A DNA stretch of 64,000 nt from an uncultured Desulfosarcina sp. GTDB lineage: Bacteria; Desulfobacterota; Desulfobacteria; Desulfobacterales; Desulfosarcinaceae. Made by a program: the position numbers and the translations under genes. The notes under the pieces were generated by a model. It was not told the origin of the DNA. It saw only the letters and a list, made by a program, of their open reading frames with translations, and did no database searches. The DNA lies in assembly GCA_963674945.2 (NCBI GenBank), contig CAXXWQ010000002.1:608001-672000 (forward strand), read 5' to 3'. Shown here piece after piece: positions 26,550 through 35,115 of this stretch (positions within the stretch are counted from its first letter, which is position 1; each line of letters starts with the position of its first letter).

Positions 26550-27731
26550 ATGAAAACCAAATTCGTACCACGATTGCTTCGGATCCCCAATTATTCTTTT
26601 TTTCTTTTTGGTCCACGCGGTGTAGGGAAAACAACGGTTTTACGTAAGGTTTTGCCTGATGCCATTTTTTTTGATTTGCTTGAATCTTCATTGTATCTTG
26701 AATTATCACAAAATCCCGAAAACATAGAGGCCCTTATCGGAGATGCCGATAAGGGCGACTGGATCGTCATTGATGAAATTCAAAAAGTTCCTACCCTTTT
26801 GGATGAGGTTCACCGTTTAATTGAAAATAGAGACTGGAATTTTGCCCTATGCGGGTCATCAGCCAGAAAACTTCGGCAAGGTGGTGTGAATCTTTTGGCA
26901 GGTCGTGCCGTTACTCGAAACCTTGACGCATTTTCATTCAAGGAATTGGGCGACGACTTTGACTTAGATTTTTCTTTGGAATGGGGTCTCCTTCCAATAG
27001 TCCAGACCCATCGAAGGAATCCTTCTGATTTTTTAAGCGCTTACGTAGATACCTATCTTAAGGAGGAAATCAAAGAAGAGGGGATTGTTCGCCGTTTACC
27101 GCCCTTTTTACGATTTTTAAATATTGCCGGACAACTTAATGGTCAAATAGTAAATGCACAAAATATTGCCAGAGAGGCAAGCATACCCAGGAGTACGGTT
27201 GATGTTTATTTTTCCATTTTAGAAGATACGCTGCTGGGACACTTTCTGCCGGCCTATCGACCGGGTTTAAAAGTGCGAGAGCAGGCGCATCCAAAATTTT
27301 TTTGGTTCGATTCCGGGGTTTCTAGAGCGGCCTCAGGCCTTCTATTTGATCCGGTAGACCGCATTTGGAAAGGATCAAGCCTGGAGACACTGATTCTGCA
27401 CGAACTGAAAGTATACAACCATACGCAAGAAAAACATCGGGACATTTATTATTACAGAACAGGCAGTGGTGTTGAAATTGATTTTATAATTGAAACGCAA
27501 AAACGTCAGCAAACAAACCACCCACATGTGGTATGCATGGAAGTCAAACTGGCGGAAAAATGGGATCGACGGTGGGAGAAACCGATGCGTTCATTCAATG
27601 AAAATAAAAAAATTCACGTAGAACGGATGATTGGTGTTTATACGGGGTCCAGAAGTTATCATTTTGATGGCATAGATGTCCTGCCGGTTGATGCTTTCCT
27701 GAAGCAACTGCATTCAGGTAAAGTGTTTTAG
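26550..27731 (+). CDS. AAA+ ATPase with DUF4143-type C-terminal domain
   Basis: GPRGVGKT, IDEIQK, GSSARKL, LAGRA, KFFWFD.G, EIDFI…EVK. Confidence 0.9.
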   Translation: MKTKFVPRLLRIPNYSFFLFGPRGVGKTTVLRKVLPDAIFFDLLESSLYLELSQNPENIEALIGDADKGDWIVIDEIQKVPTLLDEVHRLIENRDWNFALCGSSARKLRQGGVNLLAGRAVTRNLDAFSFKELGDDFDLDFSLEWGLLPIVQTHRRNPSDFLSAYVDTYLKEEIKEEGIVRRLPPFLRFLNIAGQLNGQIVNAQNIAREASIPRSTVDVYFSILEDTLLGHFLPAYRPGLKVREQAHPKFFWFDSGVSRAASGLLFDPVDRIWKGSSLETLILHELKVYNHTQEKHRDIYYYRTGSGVEIDFIIETQKRQQTNHPHVVCMEVKLAEKWDRRWEKPMRSFNENKKIHVERMIGVYTGSRSYHFDGIDVLPVDAFLKQLHSGKVF

Positions 27732-27744
27732 TTTGGTTCCTTAT

Positions 27745-28107
27745 TCGACGTTCAATGTTGGGCGTTCGATGTTCGACGTTCATTCTTTGTTGGCTCCCTG
27801 TTCCCTGCTCCGAGATTTTTCCTATTTAGTGGTTGAAATCACACCCCCATCCAAGATATAGTGCCTGCATTCTAATGTAATCTGAGTGTTTCCCATGTTG
27901 CATTCGTTTAAATGTGTTGCAAAAATAATGAGTTATTTAAATACTATCCGTCCAATTCCATATTCCCGGAAATCACTTTTCTTAAGGCATAGATCCTTGT
28001 TTGCATTTTGACTATTGGGATTTGGAATTTATTTGTAATTTGGTGCTTGTGATTTGGAATTTTATTTATCGATTTGTTCCTAATTCGATGTTGAATGTTC
28101 GACGTTT
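27745..28107. repeat. Cluster of reverse (T-rich) arms
   Basis: TTCGACGTTCAATGTTGGGCGTTCGATGTTCGACGTT (7-mer period); TTGGGATTTGGAATTT…GTGATTTGGAATTT; TTCGATGTTGAATGTTCGACGTT. Confidence 0.75.
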
Positions 28108-28165
28108 ATTGGTAATTGGCGCCTGTTTTCTGACATCTTATAACTATTTTTTGAGATCTAAATTC

Positions 28166-31147
28166 ATGACTGAAAAACAACCCATCGATTGTCTGTTGAT
28201 TACGGGAATGCACCGAAGCGGTATGTCGGTGTTGTTGGAATGCCTCGATCTTCTCGGCGTGAGTATCGGGAAAAGCAAATCAGGCAAATATTCCGGCAAT
28301 GGCGCACAGACGACTGCCACGAATGAGATCACAACCACACACGACGTCCTGCTCAGAGATCTGGGGTGCAAGTGGGACATGGTCGGGGCCTTGCCCGGAG
28401 ATTGGATGGAGACCCGGGCGGCCAAGAACGCCAGGGAACGTGTCCGAAACATTATCAAGAACAATTTTTCCAAAAATGGACTCTGGGCCGTTGCCGATCC
28501 GCGATTGAGCCGGCTCATGCCCCTATGGCAGTCCGTGCTGCAAGAGATGAATTTGACCCCGGGATTCTTGTTGACCATACGCCACCCCTGGGAAGTCGCG
28601 CAATCATTGAAGAAGAACTGCCGGATGGATATCGGGCATGGCCATCTGCTTTGGCTGGCGCTAAACAAGGAAGCCTTTGATCTGTGCCAATCAAGCCCGT
28701 ACACGGTCACCACATATGACCAGCTGCTTGCAGATCCTTCGGCCATCTTAAACGATATCGCATCCCAGTTCGGTCTGTCCTTTCCGAATCCTCTGCAGAA
28801 ACAGATCTATCAGATATTGGATGTTGTCAGGCCGGAACACAAGCATCACCATCTGAGCGGATTTGACCGATCCGGTGACGATTGGGCATCATTTTCTCCT
28901 TTTTCATGGCTTTATGAACAGATTTCAAGCCATCGATCCGCCTTGAAGCTGCTTGTCCATGAAACCCCTGAGGATGTCGATGCAGATGCCATCACACGTG
29001 AAGCCATGCCGGCCCGTTTGTACCCGACGCCTCTTCCGATTGTCAGCCAGAACGCCGCAGTTCAAAAAGAGTCCAATCAGCAGGGCAACCGTTTATTCTA
29101 CCATTTCCTGCACCTGATCGGACAATATGAGCGTGAGCAACGGGACCTGGAGCTGAAAAAGATGCACCGGATCTTGCGCAGCACACGTGTTGAAGAGACC
29201 CTCTTTGCCAGACTCTGCATCCCATCCGAAGATGAGAACGCAAATGGTTTGAAGACAAGCGCCGAATCCCTTCTGCTAAAAAATGAATGGCAAAAGGTTC
29301 GTTTTTCCATTCCGAAACCAGAGCTGTTGCAAGCATCCAATCTCGAATTTGCTCCCATTAACACAAGGGGCGTCGTTTCCATATCAAAGATGACTCTGAT
29401 CAATGTTGCCACGGATGCGGAATACTGGAACGCATCCACCGAGGAAGGCTTCCAGTCAATCAAATTGAAGGACGCCATTCGGCTGCCCGGAAATGGTGCC
29501 TTCCAGGTAATGACCACAGGTGATAACGCAATACTCTCTTTGCCGGAGTTGCCTGATCTGCCGGATTGTCCGATTGCCTTTCAGGCATGGATAAAGGTGG
29601 ACACCAGCCAGAACATCGTCAACACCGCATGGCAAACCCTCCTGAATGAAAAGGATCAATTGGCAGCCAAGTTGGAAGGAGCCATGGCTGACCAACAGGC
29701 GATTGCAGCGAGGTTGAAAGAAAAAGAGCGTGAACTGGTGGCGGTATCGGAAAATAACGAAGCGAGCCGGTCTGCCTTGAAAAAGGAACGCGATACCCAT
29801 AAAGCCAAATCTGATCAACTTTCCAATGAACTGGAGAAAGTTCGACATGACCTCGATGCGCGAAATGCGGAAAACATTAAAATTCAACAAACTCTGGAAG
29901 AGCAAAGAAAAAAGGTACAATCTTTACAAGACGCATTATCCGAAAAAAACGGGACCAACGAGGCTTTATCCAAAAAGGTTGTAGAAATGGAGGAAGCTAA
30001 AAAAGCCTACACGCAAGCCCTTCGGGAGCGGGAATCGGAGAACGATAGTTACTGGCAGGCGCAAAGACGCCATGTAAAAGAAGTCGCCCTTCTTGAGAAG
30101 AAGGTCGGAGAGTTGGAGCGTGCTCTCGGTGCAGCCAAGGAAAATGTGGGTACTCGATTCAAGGAGCTTTCCATCATTACCCATTTATTGAAGGAACGAG
30201 AAGATGATGTAAACCAAAAAGAGGTCCAGTTGACTTCGCTGAAGAGGCAATTGGACCAGTCTTCCGACGAATTGGCGGCAAAAAACAGGCAACTCAACCA
30301 GTCTTCCGACGAATTGGCGGCAAAAGACAGGCAACTCGATTCATCCAGGGATCAGATCAAACATTTACAGCAGAATTTGGCCGGAATGTCCGCTTCGCTG
30401 AAAACCGCCAATGAGGAAAAGAAACTGCTGCACCGTAAACTTGTGCAACGGGACAAATCCATTCAAGCAAAAGATATCGTGATCGATCTGCAGCGCAAAC
30501 AGATGGAAAAGATCAAGGACTCGGCAACGTGGAAGGTAATGGCACCAGTCCGCGGATTGTCACGTCCCTTTAAAAAGTCCTCTCGAAGAATGGAACCAAT
30601 CGATGAGCAGATCGAGCAGATCCGGCAGTCGGACCTGTTCGATGCGAATTGGTATTTGGAGCAATATCCCGATGTGGCGGAGCATGGTTTGGATCCGGCG
30701 GAACACTATTTTCACTTCGGTGTATCCGAAGGAAGAGATCCCGGACCGGATTTTGATACGATCTGGTACATGAAGACATATCCGGATGTATCGGAAACGG
30801 GATTTAATCCTCTGGTGCATTACGTGAAATATGGAAAGGAAGAGGGGCGGCGTCCCAATGCGGGCAAACCCTTTGATGAACAAATAGGATTGGTAAAACA
30901 GTCTGAATTGTTCGATGCTTCCTGGTATCTGGAGCGATACCCAGATGTGGCAAGTCATAAATTGGATCCGGTGGAACACTATTTTTATTTTGGCGCTTCC
31001 GAAGGCAGGAATCCCGGACCGAATTTTAACACAGCCTGGTATGTGAAAACCTATCCGGACGTATCGGAGGCGGGGATGAATCCGTTGGTGCACTACTTGA
31101 CATTTGGGGAAAAGGAAGGGCGGAAGATTCAGCCGAACCAAAAATAA
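28166..31147 (+). CDS. Sulfotransferase-like domain, long coiled coil and C-terminal FDxxWYLxxYPDV repeats
   Basis: GMHRSGMS, DPRL, RHPWEVAQSL, YDQLL; heptad-rich middle with a 42-bp duplication near 30255-30338; duplicated C-terminal block. Confidence 0.75.
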   Translation: MTEKQPIDCLLITGMHRSGMSVLLECLDLLGVSIGKSKSGKYSGNGAQTTATNEITTTHDVLLRDLGCKWDMVGALPGDWMETRAAKNARERVRNIIKNNFSKNGLWAVADPRLSRLMPLWQSVLQEMNLTPGFLLTIRHPWEVAQSLKKNCRMDIGHGHLLWLALNKEAFDLCQSSPYTVTTYDQLLADPSAILNDIASQFGLSFPNPLQKQIYQILDVVRPEHKHHHLSGFDRSGDDWASFSPFSWLYEQISSHRSALKLLVHETPEDVDADAITREAMPARLYPTPLPIVSQNAAVQKESNQQGNRLFYHFLHLIGQYEREQRDLELKKMHRILRSTRVEETLFARLCIPSEDENANGLKTSAESLLLKNEWQKVRFSIPKPELLQASNLEFAPINTRGVVSISKMTLINVATDAEYWNASTEEGFQSIKLKDAIRLPGNGAFQVMTTGDNAILSLPELPDLPDCPIAFQAWIKVDTSQNIVNTAWQTLLNEKDQLAAKLEGAMADQQAIAARLKEKERELVAVSENNEASRSALKKERDTHKAKSDQLSNELEKVRHDLDARNAENIKIQQTLEEQRKKVQSLQDALSEKNGTNEALSKKVVEMEEAKKAYTQALRERESENDSYWQAQRRHVKEVALLEKKVGELERALGAAKENVGTRFKELSIITHLLKEREDDVNQKEVQLTSLKRQLDQSSDELAAKNRQLNQSSDELAAKDRQLDSSRDQIKHLQQNLAGMSASLKTANEEKKLLHRKLVQRDKSIQAKDIVIDLQRKQMEKIKDSATWKVMAPVRGLSRPFKKSSRRMEPIDEQIEQIRQSDLFDANWYLEQYPDVAEHGLDPAEHYFHFGVSEGRDPGPDFDTIWYMKTYPDVSETGFNPLVHYVKYGKEEGRRPNAGKPFDEQIGLVKQSELFDASWYLERYPDVASHKLDPVEHYFYFGASEGRNPGPNFNTAWYVKTYPDVSEAGMNPLVHYLTFGEKEGRKIQPNQK

Positions 31148-31171
31148 ATGACACAGAGAGCATAGAGAAAG

Positions 31172-31630
31172 ATGACTTCCAAATACGAAAATGAAATAAA
31201 AAAAATCGAAGAATCCGGCCTGTTTGACCCCGTTTGGTATCAAGCCGAATACCCCGATACACAATTTCTCAACATGACCCCCATCGAACACTATTTATGG
31301 CTGGGTGCAACATTGGGGCGCAATCCCTCTCCGAAATTCGATGTCGCCTTTTATTTAAAATCCTATCCGGAGGCAGCCAATTCCGGCATTAATCCATTGC
31401 TCTATTTCATTGAAAAGGGAAGGGCAGCAGGACACGAAACGGTTTCACCTGATGAAAAAGAAGAGAAAGAGTCGACTTATAAATCAGTTGATCTCCTTAT
31501 TGAGGAAGAAGAATTAAGGGAAGAAAATGAATTATTATTGCTCCAACTTCATCAGGTCCAGGAGGAACTGGAAACCTATTATCTGAAGTATCAGGAGCTG
31601 AAGAATCGTGTGGAAGAGAAGGAAGGGTGA
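31172..31630 (+). CDS. Small FDxxWY-repeat protein with coiled-coil tail
   Basis: SGLFDPVWY..EYPD, GRNPSPKFD..FYL..YP, ENELLLLQLHQVQEELE. Confidence 0.75.
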   Translation: MTSKYENEIKKIEESGLFDPVWYQAEYPDTQFLNMTPIEHYLWLGATLGRNPSPKFDVAFYLKSYPEAANSGINPLLYFIEKGRAAGHETVSPDEKEEKESTYKSVDLLIEEEELREENELLLLQLHQVQEELETYYLKYQELKNRVEEKEG

Positions 31631-31637
31631 AGAAAGA

Positions 31638-32354
31638 GAACGTCGAACATCGAACGTCCAACATCGAATATCGGATGATGTGGGTGCAAGCATACTGGGA
31701 GAGAATCCAGGAGTCAGGAGTCAGAATTCAGAATGTGGATTCACCTTCGGCTCAATCATAAAAATGAGTTGGGGATCCATACGTTAGAGTGAAACGACCA
31801 CCGGCAAAAAATTTTCAAGACTTGATTGTGTGGCAAAAAGCGCATCAATTTGTTTTGGCTGTGTATCGCTATAGTGAATCGTTCCCTAAGAATGAGATTT
31901 ATGGGTTGACCTCACAATTGAGAAGATCCGCTGTTTCAATCCCAGCGGACATTACAGAAGGCTTCAAGAAAAAGACGAAGCCTGACAAGGCAAGGTTTTT
32001 AAACATAGCACAAGGTTCGCTTGAAGAGACACGATACTATCTCATTTTAGCAGCAGATCTCGGCTATGGTAAAAATGTTGAATTGACAAACCAACTCCAG
32101 GAGGTCAGCAAATTGTTGGAAGGTTATCTTTCTTCCATTTTGCAAACAGAAAATAGGTAATGCTAATATTTATATTAGTAGATGGAGCGAAGCGACAACC
32201 TATCCATTCTGAATTCTGACTCCTGGATTCTGAATTCTGTTGTTTTGTAATTTGAGATTTGTTTGTAATTTGGTGCTTTTGTTTTGGAATTTAATCGGGA
32301 GCAAAGCGACAACCGCTCCATTCTGAATTCTGACTCCTGACTACTGAATTCTGA
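31638..32354. repeat. Filled heptamer-arm element (copy 5) around the intact four-helix-bundle gene
   Basis: AACGTCG/AACATCG arm; perfect 21-bp inverted repeat 31715-31735 / 32205-32225; P and S motifs; extra S and arm 32297-32354. Confidence 0.92.
31789..32160 (+). CDS. Four-helix-bundle protein (23S rRNA IVS protein / TIGR02436-type family)
   Basis: FQDLIVWQKA, FPKNEIYGLTSQLRRSAVSIP..I.EG, FLNIAQGSLEE, DLGY; 123 aa, GTG start. Confidence 0.9.
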   Translation: MKRPPAKNFQDLIVWQKAHQFVLAVYRYSESFPKNEIYGLTSQLRRSAVSIPADITEGFKKKTKPDKARFLNIAQGSLEETRYYLILAADLGYGKNVELTNQLQEVSKLLEGYLSSILQTENR

Positions 32355-32430
32355 AATGCTTTCGCTTTTTGTTCTCTCTGGTGAAAACAAAGATAACCTT
32401 TTATGATTTAGCCAAATATGGGAAACCTCG

Positions 32431-35115
32431 ATGCCCAATCCAACACTGGTAGAAGACGATAACGGTCTGATCCTTTTGGGTGCTCCCCGAAGCGGCCTCT
32501 CCCTGCTGTCAGGTTGTTTTCACCTGCTGGGAATGGATACTGGAGGAGCCGATCCGGAAGTGGTGAGGGAGATACATCATGAATTTTGTCGTGAACTCGG
32601 CGTGGACCTGTTGGCTTCAGATCAATTACCAATGGGGTGGCAAGATTCTGCTGCCGCTACAAATGCTCGCGGTAAAATTGTAGAGCTGCTTCGTTCCCTC
32701 GAAACATCTGAACAACCATGGATGATCGCCGATCCCTTCTTTTGCATGGTATTTCCATTATGGCGGGATTGCTTCGATGAATTGGAAATCGAACCAAGGT
32801 TTGTTCATTTGATACGTCATCCCTGGGAAACAGCCCAATCCATATCCTGTGATGAAAATATCGATTTGAAAACCAGCCACACGATTTGGATGGCATACAA
32901 TCAGGAACCATTGGCTATTCGGGCAGATTACCCTTACGTTTTGGTAACGCTCGATCAACTCCTTGCCGATCCCTTATCGGTTCTCACCAAAGTCAAATCG
33001 GCGTTATTCATAGAGTATCCAAATGATTTACGTACCGTGTATCCTGCAATACTGAATTCGGTTCGTCCTGGTGGCAAGCGTTTCAATGCAGGGGTTGCGA
33101 CGAGAGAGGATCGTGATGATTTCGGTCAATTTTTTCATGCTTATCAAGAATTCTGTGCGCTCCAGGTAGATGTCACGAAGGTGGTTGAATCGAATCCAGC
33201 AAAGAAAGGGATTAAAGCGAAGCTTCAAAAACTAACCCAAGATTTTGAAGAAAAAACAAAACTTCTCTCCGCGCTACAAGACAAGTTAGACCAAATTGAA
33301 AAATCTCGAGACGAAAAGGTGAAGCTTGTCAGTGACCGGCAGGCGGAAATCGACCAGCTAAAACAAACCTTGGCAGAAAGGATCAAGGAGTCGGAAGCGC
33401 ATCAAAGCCAGCTCGGTCAAATGACCAAGTCCCGGGATGAGCATGCGAAGCTGGCGGCCGACCGGCAAGTTCAGCTACAGGACCTTGCAAAGTCCCGGGA
33501 TGAACAGGTGAAGCTGGCAAATGGACGGCAGGCGGAAATCGACCAGCTAAAACAAACCTTGGCAGAAAAGATCAAGGAGTCGGAAGCGCATCAAAGCCAG
33601 CTCGGTCAAATGACCAAGTCCCGGGATGAGCATGCGAAGCTGGCGGCCGACCGGCAAGTTCAGCTACAGGACCTTGCAAAGTCCCGGGATGAACAGGTGA
33701 AGCTGGCAAATGGACGGCAGGCGGAAATCGACCAGCTAAAACAAACCTTGGCGGAAAAGATCAAGGAGTCGGAAGCGCATCAAAGCCAGCTCGGTCAAAT
33801 GACCAAGTCCCGGGATGAGCATGCGAAGCTGGCGGCCGACCGGCAAGTTCAGCTACAGGACCTTGCAAAGTCCCGGGATGAACAGGTGAAGCTGGCAAAT
33901 GGACGGCAGGCGGAAATCGACCAGCTAAAACAAACCTTGGCAGAAAAGATCAAGGAGTCGGAAGCGCATCAAAGCCAGCTCGGTCAAATGACCAAGTCCC
34001 GGGATGAGCATGCGAAGCTGGCGGCCGACCGGCAAGTTCAGCTACAGGACCTTGCAAAGTCCCGGGATGAACAGGTGAAGCTGGCAAATGGACGGCAGGC
34101 GGAAATCGACCAGCTAAAACAAACCTTGGCGGAAAAGATCAAGGAGTCGGAAGCGCATCAAAGCCAGCTCGGTCAAATGACCAAGTCCCGGGATGAGCAT
34201 GCGAAGCTGGCGGCCGACCGGCAAGTTCAGCTACAGGACCTTGCAAAGTCCCGGGATGAACAGGTGAAGCTGGCAAATGGACGGCAGGCGGAAATCGACC
34301 AGCTAAAACAAACCTTGGCAGAAAAGATCAAGGAGTCGGAAGCGCATCAAAGCCAGCTCGGTCAAATGACCAAGTCCCGGGATGAGCATGCGAAGCTGGC
34401 GGCCGACCGGCAAGTTCAGCTACAGGACCTTGCAAAGTCCCGGGATGAACAGGTGAAGCTGGCAAATGGACGGCAGGCGGAAATCGACCAGCTAAAACAA
34501 ACCTTGGCAGAAAAGATCAAGGAGTCGGAAGCGCATCAAAGCCAGCTCGGTCAAATGACCAAGTCCCGGGATGAGCATGCGAAGCTGGCGGCCGACCGGC
34601 AAGCGCAATTACAGAATTTGATGAAGGACCGAGACGAAAGGAGCAAGCAACTTGCTGATCGCCAAGCTCAATTGGAACAGCTCACTAAAGAAAGAGAAGC
34701 GCAAACAAAACTCGCAAATGATCGGAAAACACAGTTTGATCAGTTAAAGCAAGAATTGGAAAATAAGACAAAGGCGTCTGACGCTCTTCAGAGCCAAATC
34801 GTAAAGCTTGTTAAAACCCGTGACGAACAAGAAAAGTTGGCAGCCAATCGTGAGGAGCGAATTGAAAGCCTGACAAAGGACCAAGACGAAAAGGCCAATC
34901 AAATTGCTAATTACCAAACTCAATTGGAACAACTTACCAAAGAAAGAGACGCACAGGCGAAACTTGCCAAACAAAGTAAATCAAGAATAAAAGAGCTTGA
35001 AGAAAAAATTTTGGAAGCTGAAGGACGAAAACATCTATTCTCTGAGGAAATTGCCAGGGCAGAGGGTCAAATCGAATTCATTAAAGAGATTATTTTTTTG
35101 GAGTCTGAAAGATGA
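32431..35115 (+). CDS. Sulfotransferase-like domain plus very long tandem-repeat coiled coil
   Basis: LLGAPRSGLS, RHPWETAQSI; more than 600 aa of heptad-pattern sequence ending RAEGQIEFIKE. Confidence 0.75.
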   Translation: MPNPTLVEDDNGLILLGAPRSGLSLLSGCFHLLGMDTGGADPEVVREIHHEFCRELGVDLLASDQLPMGWQDSAAATNARGKIVELLRSLETSEQPWMIADPFFCMVFPLWRDCFDELEIEPRFVHLIRHPWETAQSISCDENIDLKTSHTIWMAYNQEPLAIRADYPYVLVTLDQLLADPLSVLTKVKSALFIEYPNDLRTVYPAILNSVRPGGKRFNAGVATREDRDDFGQFFHAYQEFCALQVDVTKVVESNPAKKGIKAKLQKLTQDFEEKTKLLSALQDKLDQIEKSRDEKVKLVSDRQAEIDQLKQTLAERIKESEAHQSQLGQMTKSRDEHAKLAADRQVQLQDLAKSRDEQVKLANGRQAEIDQLKQTLAEKIKESEAHQSQLGQMTKSRDEHAKLAADRQVQLQDLAKSRDEQVKLANGRQAEIDQLKQTLAEKIKESEAHQSQLGQMTKSRDEHAKLAADRQVQLQDLAKSRDEQVKLANGRQAEIDQLKQTLAEKIKESEAHQSQLGQMTKSRDEHAKLAADRQVQLQDLAKSRDEQVKLANGRQAEIDQLKQTLAEKIKESEAHQSQLGQMTKSRDEHAKLAADRQVQLQDLAKSRDEQVKLANGRQAEIDQLKQTLAEKIKESEAHQSQLGQMTKSRDEHAKLAADRQVQLQDLAKSRDEQVKLANGRQAEIDQLKQTLAEKIKESEAHQSQLGQMTKSRDEHAKLAADRQAQLQNLMKDRDERSKQLADRQAQLEQLTKEREAQTKLANDRKTQFDQLKQELENKTKASDALQSQIVKLVKTRDEQEKLAANREERIESLTKDQDEKANQIANYQTQLEQLTKERDAQAKLAKQSKSRIKELEEKILEAEGRKHLFSEEIARAEGQIEFIKEIIFLESER
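33337..34603 (+). repeat. Intragenic 189-bp (63-aa) tandem repeat, about 6.7 near-identical units
   Basis: Unit starts at 33337, 33526, 33715, 33904, 34093, 34282, 34471. Confidence 0.97.

Noticed and set aside
28001..28165. N-terminal extensions in the ORF track (also 19830, 22187, 26484, 1404)
   Set aside because: Extensions run through intergenic repeat arms; downstream ATG starts match family N-termini better
31789..32160. Diversity-generating retroelement suggested by the Avd-like fold
   Set aside because: No reverse transcriptase in the window and no template/variable repeat pair with adenine-specific mismatches
33337..34603. Possible CRISPR array
   Set aside because: Units are contiguous, near-identical and in frame within a CDS; no unique spacers and no cas genes
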